Shown: positions 25,824-40,000 of the stretch, piece by piece | Layout: each line of letters begins with the position of its first letter | How positions within the stretch are numbered: position 1 is the stretch's first letter | Origin: Salminus brasiliensis | Taxonomy: Eukaryota | Length of the DNA stretch: 64,000 nucleotides | NCBI RefSeq assembly: GCF_030463535.1 | Contig: NC_132885.1 | Location: forward strand, 19,729,786-19,793,785 | Direction: 5' to 3' | Notes under the pieces: generated by a model | The model's database searches: none | Told to the model about the DNA's origin: nothing | The model's input: only the letters and a program-made list of their open reading frames with translations | Translations under genes and position numbers: made by a program

Positions 25824-28274
25824 GTGAGACCTGTGTGTGTGTGAGTGATTGATTGATTGAGAGGTGTGTGACGGTATATGTATTCCTATAAAACTGTCAT
25901 GGTGCACAGGGGGGTCACAGTTTGGTGCACACAGTTGCACAGAGAACAGTATGATCATTTTAGATGTGCCTGCGCCACCTAGTAATCGTGTGATTGGTTT
26001 GGGCAGGTGCCAATACAGTAATCGCAGTAATCGATTGTTTTTTGTCTGCATCAGAGACCCTTAAGAAGAGGTTTTTACTTTCTTGCTTCCACCAGACAGG
26101 TCTGAACTCATTGGGACTCATTTTGGTCTGCTTGATTTTTATTTATTTATTTATTCATCATAAACATTCAGCACCCTTATTTAATTAACCTAGCGGTGAT
26201 TCAGACTTACAGTTACTTTATCTTTGTCCTGTCATTTTTTTTTTTTTTTTTTTTCATCTTTCAAGTGGCCTTCTGCTTGTTGATGGATTGGTTTCTCCAT
26301 AGGTAACCTTCTGCTCAGTGTTTCTGTATGTATTTGTGTATTATTATATACATGTGTAACTGTCTGCCTGGAATTCTGTTAATGCTTCATTTGTGCCAGA
26401 GGATATTATTGTCCCCAGAAGCTCTAGGTGATGCTTAGATTGTCTGCGATGTATTTCGCAGCTCAAGAGTGCTCAGGTTTTATTGTTGGGTGAGTAAATT
26501 GAGAATGAGACATTACTCTGTTGCGGTGGGGGTGTGCGTATGAGGATAGCGAGTCAGTGTAATTATTTTCTCCCTGTAGATTGTATTTCGGCTATGCTCG
26601 GTTAAGAGCAAACCTGAAATAGTTTTCCTGCTCATTCTCAGTTAATTACTTCTCATCATTTCCTTTTAAAAGGTACTTGGACTTGAACAGTTACAGCCCA
26701 TTTAATCTACGGCTGGCTTTGACTCAAACGCAGAATATCTGCAGATATAATTATCAGGCTTTGAAAATGCGGTCCTGCCTTAGATGAGAGTAACGCCGTG
26801 TGAGTTGGGACCAGTGGCTGATTTACTGCTTACTGAAAATAAAACTGACCGTTATGGATTTCTCCAGTTTCAAATGCTCAGGAGTCTTTGAGAAAATAAG
26901 TTGCAGCCTGACGCATTAACACATCGTCTGAGCTCAGACTGGCAGGAAGAAGTGGGTTAAAGACAGCCATGTTGGGGAATGTTGGCGAGGTATAGATGAG
27001 TTCTGTTTGGACTTGTCAGTTGGGCTTTCAGTGGACAATTTTGTTGTTTTATTTTTTTTTGTCTTTTCATTTGCTGCCTCTAAGGCACGAGGTACTAGCC
27101 AGTGGGCTGTGGATGATGAAGTAGCCATTTTGCATGAAATGTTACATTTCCCAGCCCATTATTTCTAAGTAGTCTGTTATTGCTAATTGGTTCTAATGAG
27201 TATTTAAGCTTGTATGGTTTGGTGCTCTTGGGAAATACAGGTTTTCCCCCTGTTGGGGTGAGCGTGTGTAAGTGTGTAAGTGGTTGGCCAAGATATCCGT
27301 TTCCCCAGGGGGTGAACGGTTCCATTGACCGTAAAGCCGGGATAAGTGGATGGCTGATGCAGGGCTTTTAAAGCTGCCCTAATCATGGCACTGAGATCTG
27401 CCGAGTCATAAAGAGACTCCAGCTATAGAGACCTGGGGTGAGAGGCTACTGACGAGCCATATGTCTGAGCATTATAACACCTCTCAGATGAGCCGTACAG
27501 ACGTAGGTAGGTGTGTGTGTGTTTTGTGTGTGAGCAAAAGAGACAGAGATGGTGAAATGTAGAATTTTGCTTTGCTCTGTTGTATAATGGGTCACATAAG
27601 GGGCTGCTGAGATCAGGAGATGCTGTCTATCCTGAGTTGCACTGGTGTGAATGCAGACAATCGCACACCTGCAGTATACCGTTGTCTAGTCGCACCTCAT
27701 GGCATTTGCCATTGGTGAGAGTATTGCAGGGATGGGGTGAAAGCAGCTTTCCAAAAAAAAGAAAAAGAAAAAGCAGCTTTCCTGCTTCACCAGCACTCAC
27801 CATGTAAGCTGAAGAAAGAGCCGGGAGTACTGAAAGGCAGCTCCTAACATACTGACTGTGGATCCTCTTATCTGCGGCTCCTTTCTCCAATACCAGTTTC
27901 AGCGTGGCAGGTAATGTGATCACACCACAGAAAAGCTGCCTAAACCAGAGACAACAAACATGTAGAAACCTCTGCACTAACTTTGCTCCTGGTTATAGTT
28001 TGGTACTTCAGGGAATGAGATATGGGTATGAGATACAGTAGTTATTTACTGGAAGTTTAGTAAATAGCATGTTTAGAGGCTCTAAATCACTTATTGTTTG
28101 AAAAGGAATAGCTAAAGTTTATTAGATGCGGTCAGTCGGTTCATCACATGGCCTTTCCCAACAGCAAATATAAACAAGCCATAGCCCTAGCGAGATATTT
28201 AAGGTCTGGAACCTTTAAGTCAAAGTAATCTGAGGGTGTTTTATCCTCTGCTCTCTCAGCTCTTCACAGTTACA

Positions 28275-28325
28275 GAAACTTTAACCAGGGGTGCCCAAAC
28301 TTTTGCACACCACTTTACTTTTATA
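28275..28325 (+). mobile_element. Short Tc1-like terminal fragment
   Basis: ggggtgcccaaacttttgcacaccactttacttttatac resembles the ...ggtgtccaaatacttttgtccatata termini at 32236 and 53017. Confidence 0.3.
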
Positions 28326-28375
28326 CATTACTAAAACCATGCATGCTGCATTTTCTGACATTTGAATCACCCCAC

Positions 28376-28420
28376 AACACACACACATGCGCGCGCGCGC
28401 ACACACACTCCACCTCACAG
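28376..28420. repeat. Compound (AC)n(GC)n(AC)n microsatellite
   Basis: acacacacacatgcgcgcgcgcgcacacacac. Confidence 0.9.
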
Positions 28421-28535
28421 ACAGACGGAGGAGACAGAACTGTTTTTGTGTCCTGTAGGGCAAGGTCCACTTCTCTCTCAGTGGAAACCTCGCAGCAGGG
28501 CCATCTGCTGTTCACCAGGGAACCTTGACCTTTTA

Positions 28536-28542
<7 letters not shown>

Positions 28543-28579
<37 letters not shown>

Positions 28580-28586
28580 TGTGTTT
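28543..28586. repeat. (GT)n microsatellite
   Basis: gt run with one interruption. Confidence 0.9.
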
Positions 28587-29744
28587 GACGGTCAAGTTGT
28601 CTTAAAAATCAAACCCATGGAAAATCAGCACAGACAAAATGTTATAACAGCTTGCACTGACCCAGTATGACGGTAACTGACGGGCTACAGGTTTCTTATA
28701 GCACTCAAACATAACAGTAAAGTACTGAACTGAGTTAAGTGCTGTAGTCCTCCTCTTACTGCAAGACCTTTGTATACAGGAATAGATTTCACCAGCAGTG
28801 CCAAAAAAAAAAAAAATCATGCTAATCCTTATAAACAGTAGTTTAGTACGTTTATAGGAATTCTTCCCTTTACAGTGGCTAATCGTATTCATTTATTTAT
28901 TTATCAAAGCTTTTTCTTCATCTTTTTAACATCACCCATATCCGACATTCACTCCAATAACACACATAACACTCCAATGTCACATATGATGAAATTATAC
29001 CTGCTGAGTGAACATATCCTAAGTGTCACTCAGATAATCACCAAAATATCAATTTGAACGAGTGTCCAAACGTTTGTATAGGGTTATGACTAGGATCATA
29101 TTTGGATTGTAGCCTTTAGTTGTGGAAATCGTATTGAAAGAAATGGGACATGATACAGGATTGTTCCAAAAGAAAAAGGAAATAAAACTGAGATTCCCAC
29201 TCCTCACATTAATAGAACTCTGCTCTCCACTCCCACGTCAAAGTGCTGTAGCTGCAGATGTGCTGGATGTGTTGCTCTCTGACTCTCATGGCACAATGTT
29301 TACAAAGTGTACCGGTTTAATCCTTGCGCTCCGTTCACATGACTGACAGCTGCTCAGTCTGTATGTTTTCACTGCAGCTCTGCATCCAGATTGAAGGAAT
29401 TATTACTGTAAAAAGTAACAGCAGCTGAAAAACCGCTTTCCAAGGTGTGTTATGGTTTTGTCCATTAATCCGTGGTTCACGTGCATCCTGAACCGTTGCG
29501 CGCAATCTGTACAGATCGTGGATTATCCGTGATCCGTTAAATCGCTAATTACAGATGTATTAAAATTATTAAAATGCAGTTGTTTTTGTGCAGGAGCCCA
29601 AACTCTGTTCATTCCACTCCTCTGAAGGGAAATAAATACATTAAATATCAGTTTCAAAGGGACGTTTAGATATTTCAAGGTATTGGGTATTTCAAACTGA
29701 GATTTTTCTCTTAATTTGAATTTTTTTTCTGCTGATTCTGAAAT

Positions 29745-29768
29745 TTCTAATTATTCTTATTATAATAA

Positions 29769-29804
<36 letters not shown>

Positions 29805-29813
29805 TATTCCTTT
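29745..29813. repeat. (ATT)n microsatellite
   Basis: ttattattattattattattattattactattatt. Confidence 0.9.
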
Positions 29814-30141
29814 TATCCTTCAGATACAGTTTAGAGTCTGAGCACAGTTGGTCATAACAGGCGCCTGTTAGCTGTTGTGGTGGAGCTGGGAACCTGGCAC
29901 TTTCCTCCGAGAGTGTTGGCTGCCTGGCGATGTGATTCCAAAAGAGATGGCGGTTGGCTTCACATGTATCAGAGGAGAAGTGTGATAAGTCCTGACTCCT
30001 AGTGTCTGGAGCCTTGCATACTGCTAGAGGAGGGGCTATGGGTAACAGGTGGGTTAATTGGCCGTACCACATTGGGAAGAAAAAATTGTGATCGGAGTGT
30101 GTGTGCGGGGTTGTGGGATCTGTGTGTAGTTGCATGTTTTG

Positions 30142-30145
<4 letters not shown>

Positions 30146-30203
<58 letters not shown>

Positions 30204-30228
30204 TGTTTTTTTTTTTTTTTTTTTTTTT
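30146..30228. repeat. Compound (TG)28-T23 microsatellite
   Basis: tg run 30146-30202 followed by T23 at 30206-30228. Confidence 0.95.
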
Positions 30229-31080
30229 AAAGCAGTGCGGGATAAAGGAGCTGAACTATTTCAGGTGAGCTGATCTTTGCTGTGCGCTGCGCCTTCATTA
30301 GCGCTGTGCTAACTTTGATTAGCGTGACAGAGGTGTTGACTGAGAACAAGATGCTCCCACCGTTCCTTTCTCCCCAGGCTGTTGCCACGGCAGCGCACCT
30401 CGGCTATTTGAGCAAGGCGTCTTGTTTGAACAGATTAAACGGAAGCTCTGGATTCGGTTCTCCTGTGTGGATTAGTATGTGGCTAACGCTCGGAGCGGAG
30501 ACGCAGAATAAGAGGGAGAGAGCTTGAGAGGGAGAGCGAGAGAGAGAGTGAGAGTGTGAAAGACTGAACATAAGTGGAGCTTTCATGGCGTCTGCCAGGG
30601 TTTAGTGTTTGTGAGTGCATGCTCCTGTGTGTATTGTGCAGTTTGTCTGTTAGAAGGTAATTTTTTTTTACTGTGTGGCACTATAACTTGTTCCTTGCCC
30701 CTTGTTTCTCTCTCTGTCTGTTCTTCTCCATTTCCAGCATCTGTCTGTCTGTCTGTTCTCCTGCTTCCTTTCTGTCCGTCTTCTTCTCTCTCACTCTCTC
30801 TCGGAGCTGAGGAGGGCGACGCTGGGTGGGTATCGTGTTTTTCTGTAATTGCTGTTCGTGCAGCTCCATGCTGTGTGGAGGTATCTGGCCTGGAGCTCTC
30901 CTAACACACTCTCAGGTGTCGGATCTAACGGTGTGCTAACAGTAATTACCCCAGTCAAGCTCTCTGTACATAAAGCAAGTGATAAGCTTACAGGGATGGG
31001 AATCTGTTTGAGAGCTCCCTGGCTGCTCTCCGCTCTGCTGTGCTCTGCCCCGTTGGCACTTGCAGAGGCATGGCAGCATG

Positions 31081-31082
<2 letters not shown>

Positions 31083-31155
<73 letters not shown>

Positions 31156-31172
31156 TGAGAGAGAGAGAGATC
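31083..31172. repeat. Compound (TG)33-(GA)n microsatellite
   Basis: tg run to 31149, then gagagagtgagagagagagaga. Confidence 0.95.
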
Positions 31173-31714
31173 TCTGTCCTTTTGCCCTCTATCTGACAAT
31201 GCTGTTGGCAGTGCCTGTGAGTGTGTGTCTACATCCTGTGCCTTTGCTCTGCCTGAAGTTGATCTCAGATGGTCACAGTCAGAAGTGCATTAGAACAGCA
31301 GTACTGGAAAGGCAGTGCAGACAGTTAAAGGTGATGTGCTCTGTAAACTGCAGGCTGTGTTTGTGGGAGCAGTGGGGGTATGAACTGCTTGTTCTAGTTG
31401 ATCACCTACAGGCTCCTGTGCTTTGTTCTTGCTTTGATCTCAGTAGTACACAGCCCATCAAAGATTTGGCTACACCTGGTCTTTTGAAAATTCCCTCTAA
31501 AAGATTGATTTTCGCTCTTGTTTTTCATTAAAGTAAGAAATGTGCAGTTATTAGTAAGGCTATCTTCTCATACTTTCACATCTTTCATCTCCTGTCGTCG
31601 TTCTTTTGAGGAGGAGGTCTGGACTAGTAATATCAAAGTAATGCCTTTACCTTCTTTTATTATTTATTTTTTTGATAAATGCACATACGCTTCAGGTCCA
31701 AATGTTTGTGGACA

Positions 31715-32265
31715 CCCCCTCTAATAAATGTGTTCAGCTCCTTTAAGTTGCACCCATTGCTGACACACAGCTTGTCTAGTCCCTGTAGAGACGTGTTGCT
31801 AATAGATAGCAAATCAGAATGAACCAGTTTGCACCAGTGCCTAGGTCAGGTGTGGGCACGTTGCACTTTTGCAGTCTGTCCTGTCCTGTCCTGTGTTTTT
31901 GTTCTCGTTTTTGTTCCATGTTGCACTTTTTGTTCTGGAAAAAATGCACCTTCATTCCACTGTGTTCTTGTATAGAGCTGAAATGACGACAAAAGCCACT
32001 TGACTTGGGCTCCCCGCCACCTTCACACCCCTCCAGTACAACTGTGATCTCTGGAATGATGGTCGGCGCTCGGAGTTCGGGATGAGGTTGGATGGTGACT
32101 ATTTGCCATCCTGACCTCAGTAACACTGTTGTTGCTGAATGCAATCAAATTTCCCTGGACAGTAGAGACTTGAGTTGGAAGTACTCTGTTTCTGTATCCT
32201 TGATTTTGGAAGAAACTATAAAGGAACAGGTGTCCCAATACTTTTGTCCATATAGTCTGTGTAAT
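31715..32265 (+). mobile_element. Composite Tc1-like-derived repeat copy with Tc1-like 3' end
   Basis: The 3' part catcctgacctcagtaacactgttgttgctgaatgcaatcaaatt translates to HPDLSNTVVAECNQI (cf. Tc1 transposase C-terminus ..PDLTNALVAEWEQI..). Terminus ggaacaggtgtcccaatacttttgtccatatag. Confidence 0.5.
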
Positions 32266-32986
32266 ATAATCCAGGAAACTATACAGAACTAAAGGAAGCT
32301 TTGCACTCATTTGGTTTCAAAGAAATTTGAAACAATTTAGTTCGATATTAAGACATGGTTGAGTCTAACTAATGTCCACACAGACACAAGACCAAGCCCA
32401 CACCTCAGTACTACCAACATTACAGCTCGCAGGGCATGAGCACATTTAAGAAAAGGCTCATATTTATCATGATTAAATAGGAGTCATAAATAATTATCCA
32501 TGAATGGACGATTGCTCTCAGCCCTGCTTTCTGTTTAATTGAAAAGCTTCTTGTAAACTGATAAAGAAAGCTCGCTTATTTGATTAGAACCACTTTAAAA
32601 ACCGAGATGTCCAGACTTTTGACAGGCAGTGCAACTGGGGACGTTTTCTAAATGGAGCAAAGAGAACTGAAAGTACAGTTCAGTTGGTGTGTATGTGTGT
32701 GTATATGGTGCACAGGTGTGTAGTGTGCTCCTTGCTCGTTAGGAGCAGAGCTGGGTTGCTGTTGGAGGTTGGAGGTGTTTCAGAATGCTCTGCTGTTGGC
32801 AGAGGGAGCGGGAGGCTCTCAGGGTGCTGGGAGCTGGTATGCATGGGGACGATTACTGTGCCAGGTTCATGACTGAGCATATGCCTGAGAGACAGAGGCA
32901 GGGAGGGAGAGAGGGGAGGAGTGCAGTGTCCCCAACAACCAAGGTCACACCAAAATGAGGGGAAATGAACTTGAGAGGGTATTAAA

Positions 32987-32988
<2 letters not shown>

Positions 32989-33024
<36 letters not shown>
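32989..33024. repeat. (GT)18 microsatellite
   Basis: gt run. Confidence 0.9.
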
Positions 33025-33025
<1 letters not shown>

Positions 33026-36000
33026 TGTCTCTGTCTCCATGCTTGAACTGTGAACCAAATCAGGAACAATAGCTGATTCAGCCAATTAAACTGATTTAGT
33101 TCAAAGATGTCTTTCGCCTGAATCTGGGATGAGGGCCTAAAACTGTTTCAGGATGAATGAAAGCAGAGAATGTGCCATTATTATTATCCTCAGACTAGGC
33201 CTGGATAATAAAACGATGATGATCATGATGATGATGATCAGAATCAGGTGTGATTCGATCGATTGATGATCTTTCAGCCATAAACTTAATATAATATCTA
33301 TTGGTAATCAGTAAAACTATTAATGCTGTTGTGCTGAGCCCCTCCTCTGCAGTGCAGTACCTGAGCTTGCCCTCTGTGGCGCTGTAGCACCCTGAGGCCC
33401 ACTCTGCGTCCGTCTTGTTCTCCGTCCCAGCCCCCCCCCCCCTACATCTAATGGGGTAGTGTAACTTTAAACGGACTACAGTGAAAGAGGACAGAAGGAG
33501 GGACCCGCATGAATCAAACTGACTCCAGCGGACACCAGGGGCATTAAATAATTTGTGTGGTGCCGTGAGCTTTGTGTGCGACAGCAGCAGCAGCGGAGAT
33601 GTCTGATTGCAGCACAGTTCCCCTGGAGTGCAGTGGAGATGAGCTGAAGTGCAGGGAGAGATTTATGAATGCGCTCCTTTTTACGCCATGTACAGGGAAG
33701 CCTGTTGGGGGGGGTTAATACTAATTACTGCTGTTCCCCCTGGAGGTGATTGTAAAGGGCACTCTCTTGCATCAAGTGTGTGAAATGTGGGTTTTGAGCT
33801 AAAGTTTGACTGCCATTGTGAAGGTCAGTGCTTCTCTGCAGACCCAGCGCTGGCTAATGTGTTTTCTGGGTGTGCGGGGTATCTCATGCCTCTGCAGAGT
33901 CGAAAATGAAGTTTGTGTGCTTGAGTACCTCCCACCATCTACCTTTTATCCCGGGACTTCTCAAGAGTTCCTCCCTCACACTGCTATTATAGCATTGCTC
34001 CCTAGAGCATAAAATATGAGCCCGAATCCGACAGGACCCGTCTTATCAAGTTGAGCGCAGTCAGGTTTGAACTTAATTTCTCACATATCTGCTGGACTCG
34101 GGTCCAGTTGAGATTTCACATCTGAGGTCGTTCTTTGACAGACTTTGGACTACGTTTACTTTTTCTCAAAATCATGATTCTTCACTTTTTACCTTCAACT
34201 GTTCATCTGCATTGTAGACTTTGTGCATGTTGTTGGCATTAAAGACCATTGGGCCTTCCATTCCCTTTTGTTGTTGTTGCTGTTGTTGTTGTTGTTGCTC
34301 TAGGCTCGGCACGCTGCTAACTGCAGTATGTTACTTTGGAGAAGCGGGTTGGGATAGCGCAGCATTACGCAGTTCTCACGAGCGTAATCTCCAGTAAAAT
34401 CTGTTACTGTACAGATGTCATTCCACATGCTTCTTTTACTTTCAGTGAGTGTTCTGTATTTCTTAGCTCATCCAAGGAAACTTGAAATGCACTTTTGAAC
34501 TGTAGGGGGAGCCCAGGAGCATGAATTGCCAGGGTTTTTTTTCTGTACCGCTTCAATAATGGGAGTTTGGTACATGGAAATAACAAAAACAAAGGCGGCG
34601 GGGATCCACACTAGGCTAAATGCTAAGATAAGGTGACTCACTTTTGAGGTCTCTTAATTTCTTACGTCTGCTCCATCAAAAACAAACTGGACAACCACTA
34701 AAATGGAGTTAAAACACATTAACAGGAAAAGCTCATTTATTTTATGTAATGTAATTCATTTCTTTTTACCAGTAAGACTCAAAGCCAAACCCAGGGAAGT
34801 GATTGGGGGCAAGGCAAAAATCTAACCCAGCAACAATCTTTTCCACTAGCTAACAGCACAGTGCACACAACAGGAGGACGGCACCACTGTGACACCTCTA
34901 TGGGTCTCTTCCATGTTGGGCTACTCTGTGATATTGCGTTAGCAGCAGTTCAGAAGCTGGTGCTAGCCATCACCCTCTGGTACTGGTAGCATCATTTGAT
35001 AGGAGGAGGCCTAGCCAATAAATGGGAATTGGAAATGTCTGAAGGGGAATGAGGCTGTGGGTTTGGTCAGGCTTGAATTTGAGTCCCCAATAAAGCTCTC
35101 CGGCACTCTTTATAGCACTGTAGCAGTGAGATGCCAAGATTCACTAATGCTGCTCCTTTACCTGTCTGCAGGATTTTGTCCCTGCTGATGGAGAAGGATA
35201 GTCAAAGCTCTCTAACTACTGTTGCTTCTGCTGTCTCTCTCTCTCTCCTGCACCTTGCCTGCGTCGTCCTTTACTCTTTGCCATTTCTTGCCATTTTCCT
35301 TTTCTTAATTCTTCCTTCCTTTCTCTACACCTCTCCATCCCCCCTCCTGCCCTGCTGAGTTGGCTGAGTCTCGTCTCTAGGAAGCGCTCCAGACAGAGTG
35401 ATTTGCTTTAAAAGGATCTCCCTCTCACGCTTGCCTTTCAGAGCAGTGTAGAGAAACCGTCAGGGCACCAAATAATGTCTTCATGTAACATACCTAACAG
35501 CCATGCTTCTCACTGCCAACGTCACGCTTCTAAAAAAATCCAGCGACAATGACCTCAGAAGAAGCGTATTTCACTGTCTGAATGCCTGGATTGGCTACAG
35601 GAAAGGTGATTGTTGAGGCTGTAAGGGAGGTGCTAAGACTGTTGTGGAGGGCTCCAAGAATACACGTTGTCAGGCCAATTTGATGCAATTGGATTTTCAG
35701 TGTTTATGTATGAACCATGTTTTGATTCTACAGAATCTTCACCTCTTCTTCTGACCTTCATATAACAAGAAAAACAGGGCCAGGTCTGCCCACAGCCTCC
35801 ATCCTCCAGCCTTCAGAACAGAGCCAAACGATGGCCTCTTGATGATACAGTGCTAGATAATACCCCTCTCCAAGCAGCGAGCGGAGTCATACACATTGTG
35901 GCTGCAGAAGCCGCAATAATGTGCATAATTTAGAATTTCATTGTGATGGATTTGTTTATGGCCAATTCTGTGCGTGTGTCTGCAGATGGTTGCAGCAGAT

Positions 36001-36489
36001 TTTACAGCAGCAACCCCTCGACTTAAGGATGCTAGCCATGTCCCTCCTTAAGATCTAAACATGCTCTCAAACACCTACAGAGCTTCAGTTTCCTTATCCT
36101 TCAGTGGAGGAAGAAGCTTCTGTCTAAGGTTAGAATTTCTCACTGTGTTGCTCATCTCTATCATGGTTGTAAGAGTTACCGCTTCGGGCTGTTTCTAGGC
36201 CGTCTTTGAAATTATTAGGAGCAGTTCAGTGTATTTATGTACCCCGCACTTCATCAAATCTAATGCAGATCCATTTATACTATGTTTTAGGCACATTGTA
36301 ATCAGTTCACGTGCTCTGAAGTTCTTCTTTGTTTATTTGGAAATAAGGTAGGTGCTTGCTCTCATTGGACTGGTGCCTTCAAAAGTCTTTCTGAGGTTGT
36401 AGATACTTTCCAGTTCTCTAGTTTTACATCACCCTGCCGTTGACTGAATGTTTTAACAATTTCCTCTGGGTGAGAATTAGGTCTGCATT

Positions 36490-37030
36490 TTTTTCATTGT
36501 ATAGTTAGCATTATCATGATGCACTAAATGGACAAAAATATTGGGACACCTACTCGTGTATTGTTTCTTTCAAAATCAAGGGTATTAATGTAGAGTTGAT
36601 CCTGCTGTTTTTGGGAGTAACTCTGTCTACTGTCCAGGAAAGATGGTTTTCTACTAGATTTAGAAGCATTGCTGTGAGGATTTGCTCTTAATCAGCGACA
36701 AGAGCTTTAGTGAGGTCAGAATGTTAGATGATCGCCACCCCACCTCATCCCTAACACATCCCAACGGTATTGGATGGAGCATGATCATTCCAGAGAGCAC
36801 AGCTCCACTCCTGGGGGGCTTTATACCCCCTCTAGCACACAGCTGGCATTAGACATGATGCCAATAAGTTCATGTTTATCTGCTGCAGAAATTCTTATAC
36901 TATTGGCCATATTACACTATAAGCTCTGTGTGCATTTACACATCTGTGCCAGCAGTGGATACAACTTGGAAGGGATGTCCACAAACATTATTGTTTGTCC
37001 ACAAAACACATATTTGCGATGGACAGTTTA
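36490..37030 (-). mobile_element. Tc1-like transposon fragment in reverse orientation
   Basis: aatggacaaaaatattgggacacctactcgtgtattgtttctttcaaaatcaagggtattaatgtagagttgatcctgctg...ctactagatttagaagcattgctgtgagg...cagcgacaagagctttagtgaggtcag is collinear with the reverse complement of the 3' region and terminus of fish Tc1-like elements. Confidence 0.5.
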
Positions 37031-40000
37031 AGGGCTGCGATGACTCAACAGATAAACTACATTACTCATCATTACTGAAATGAAGAGTAGTTCCATTGGC
37101 GGTAACGTAGCATTAGGATTCAGTGTTGCCAACTTTGGGGATGTTGTCGCTAGACTTTGTGACTTTTTTTAATACTTTTTTAAAAAGCGAGTAGCGACAA
37201 ATCTATTGACTTTTCTACAAACTGTAGCTAACATTACTTCCCATGATCACCAAAACTGCCCGTGAGTGAGCGGCACAGCTCCTTCTGTTCCAAGAGATTG
37301 AGCAGCACATTGGCCCTATCCCAGTTCTCGGCTTAACCCTAAGCCCCTAAATAGGTGTAACAGTAAATCTTTTATAAATATATTAGATTTTTAATGTGCT
37401 GTGCACATATTTGCTTCTCGTGTCACATACATAATCAGTATTTTATATTTGTTTATTAATGTTTTTTGTCAATCTGTGAAAATAGTTTATTTGATTTATG
37501 TAAAGGACTGATATCGTTACACTAGGCGGCATGTAACTACTACATGATGAGAGAGAAAATAAGCTAATTTAACAAATTACATCATCTAATCACTAAAAAA
37601 AGCATGTTTTAGCTGATTTCCTCTGAAAAACTATTATTTTAATCATGGTTTCGAGCTTCGCATATCTAAATTACAATATCCAACAGCATTATTAAAGGTG
37701 AGGATGACCAGTATATGGTGAACACTTACTAACACTCAGTCAGCCTAGCAGAGACGGGCAGACACGGCTAATCTTTTTTTCCCTTTGTTTCGGACACACT
37801 GTGTTCTGCTGTGTTGATGGGAGGGTGGAGCAGACAGATCTGTCTGCTACAGGAATTGATATAAACACTATTGACCCCTCAGGGATCACAGGGATCGTTC
37901 TAGTAAATCAATCAGTCTTGTTGTTCAGCATGCTTGGAGGAGGGCACTAACTGCCAATTGTGATACGCCAGCAAACAGAAGCCTTCAATTGTGAGTGATT
38001 GGGGACAGGGAGAGCCATCCTTGTGGACCCCAGTGGTCTGAAATACCAACAACTGTAGACATGGGTTTGATTTCCTGGCTCAGCAAAGCACACCACACTG
38101 CACCAATAATAAGAGTCATTGGGCAAGATTATGATCACTAGTCTCCTACCTGAGTGATTAACATGATACAAAATGTGCACTCATCAGCCATAACAGGATG
38201 GATCAGTTCTGGAACAGTCAGTTCTTGATGGTTAAATGCAGGAAAATGGGCCAGCATAAGGATCTGACAGATCTTGTGGGGTTTATCTGATATGCAGAGG
38301 TCAATCCCTCTCGCAATTGGTCCAAGAAAGCACATCCGGTGAAAAGACGTCAGGGTTGTGGGCACCTAGGGCTCATTGATGTGATCTATTGAGGCTCACC
38401 TTACCTCTCACCTCACAAGACTTAAAGAATCTGTTGCTAACATCTTGGTGCGAGATACCACAGGACACCTTCAGAGGTCACACTCAAATCTGTTGTGGCG
38501 GCGCAAGGAGGACCTACTTAAGATCAGGCAGGTGGTATATAATGTTCTGGCTGATCAGTGTAAGTTGGATAAGAGCGTCAGCCAAATGCCATGCATCCAA
38601 ATACAGAGAGAATAATGCAGACATGGAACACAAGGAGTTGAAAGCTCAAATGAAGGCTGTCAATAATATCGGCCTTCAATAGGGTAGCATGTCAATCGTA
38701 AGCACGTTTACAGGTCATGCCCTTGAGATGTTTAGGAGGCAGCAGCATCGCTCCAGGCGTTTGACCACAAGAGGGTAATGACTGACTCATGATTATCCAG
38801 ACGAGGGTCGATATTAAGAGTGGTTCCAATCATGTTGAAGCTCCCATTGAAGGTCCCCAGAATACTCGGGCTAAGGCAGACCTAATTTCTTTAAGGCTTC
38901 CAAGATTTGTAGACTGTCCCCTTCGGTTGGGTCAGATGTACAGATGGGAAATGGTGAGACAGTGCTGAAAATAAGTGTTCAATCATGCTTTGTTCTCCAT
39001 GGAGGACACCATTTATTGCAGCATTCTTTTCAAGGTGCTGAACCATCTGTACCCCAAGGTTCAGAGACTGTGTGAGGGACGAAAATGCTGATTTTGCTTC
39101 AGAGTTGAAGAGCCACAGTTAAGTCGGTAATCTCTGTAAACAAGACTTTGCAGAGAGTCTACGGTGAAAACAATGATGCAGGTAGGATGCTGATATGGGA
39201 CTCAGTAGACAAGGCGATTAGTGGAGACTGTAAGAAATGCCATCATTGCAGTTAGCTGGCAGGACTTTTTCCGAAAGCACATTAGAAGTATCCATTTTAC
39301 CGTAACTAGGACAGAACACAGTAAGCCTAGACACTGGCCTGAAACTGTAGATGAAACGGGTTCAGGAAGTTGTGGTTGAACTAAAATATAAATGAAAGTA
39401 CATCTCTGCTGAGTGAAGTTGTGGAATAGTTAGAAATAAGGTTTTTCTTTGCTGTCTCAAGTTTCTGCAAACAGTTTAGCCCTTAAATGAGAGGATGGAC
39501 TATAATATGACTCTTCTCTGGGATAATCCTTCTATACTCAGCAGCCAAAATAACTAATGCACTGTGTATTAACTGCGTTCATTAGTCTTCGAAGTGAAGA
39601 GCCAGTCCTTGATTTAGTCCAGTATTTGACTAAGTGGTCAGACTGTGGTCCTTAGAAAGATCTGGGGGAAAACAAGTTGCAGGTCGCAGCTTGATAATTA
39701 AATAATCCTTGGCCCACACAGCTTGCGTCATGGAAAAATTTGTAGCCAAGAACACAATGTAATTATTGGCCTTTTTTTTTCCCCCTTCTTCTTCTGTTGG
39801 CCAGACTCCCTCATGAGTACTAGAGGGAGGTTATAGGCTGTGAACAGCAGAGGAAAATCTGGGCTTTGTGCTCAGGATGCCACCCTCCAGTAATACTAGA
39901 AATCCAGATTGGCAAGCTCCAGAGACTTTTGACAAACGTTCACATTAGAAACTAGCTTTCATGTACACAGACCCAAGCCAGAAATCCAGTGGTCAGACTA

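Noticed and set aside
25581-26051. 156-aa minus-strand ORF
   Set aside because: It is antisense to man1a2 exon 2 and extends into intronic low-complexity sequence. It is a by-product of the sense coding bias.
29692-30135. 147-aa minus-strand ORF with a poly-Asn stretch
   Set aside because: The poly-N is the translation of the (ATT)n microsatellite. Low complexity and non-coding.
28376-33024. Regularly recurring GT/CA dinucleotide tracts as a CRISPR-like or spacer-repeat array
   Set aside because: These are simple microsatellites of variable length with no conserved repeat unit or unique spacers. The locus is eukaryotic, with a spliced gene and Tc1/SINE elements. No prokaryotic system is supported.
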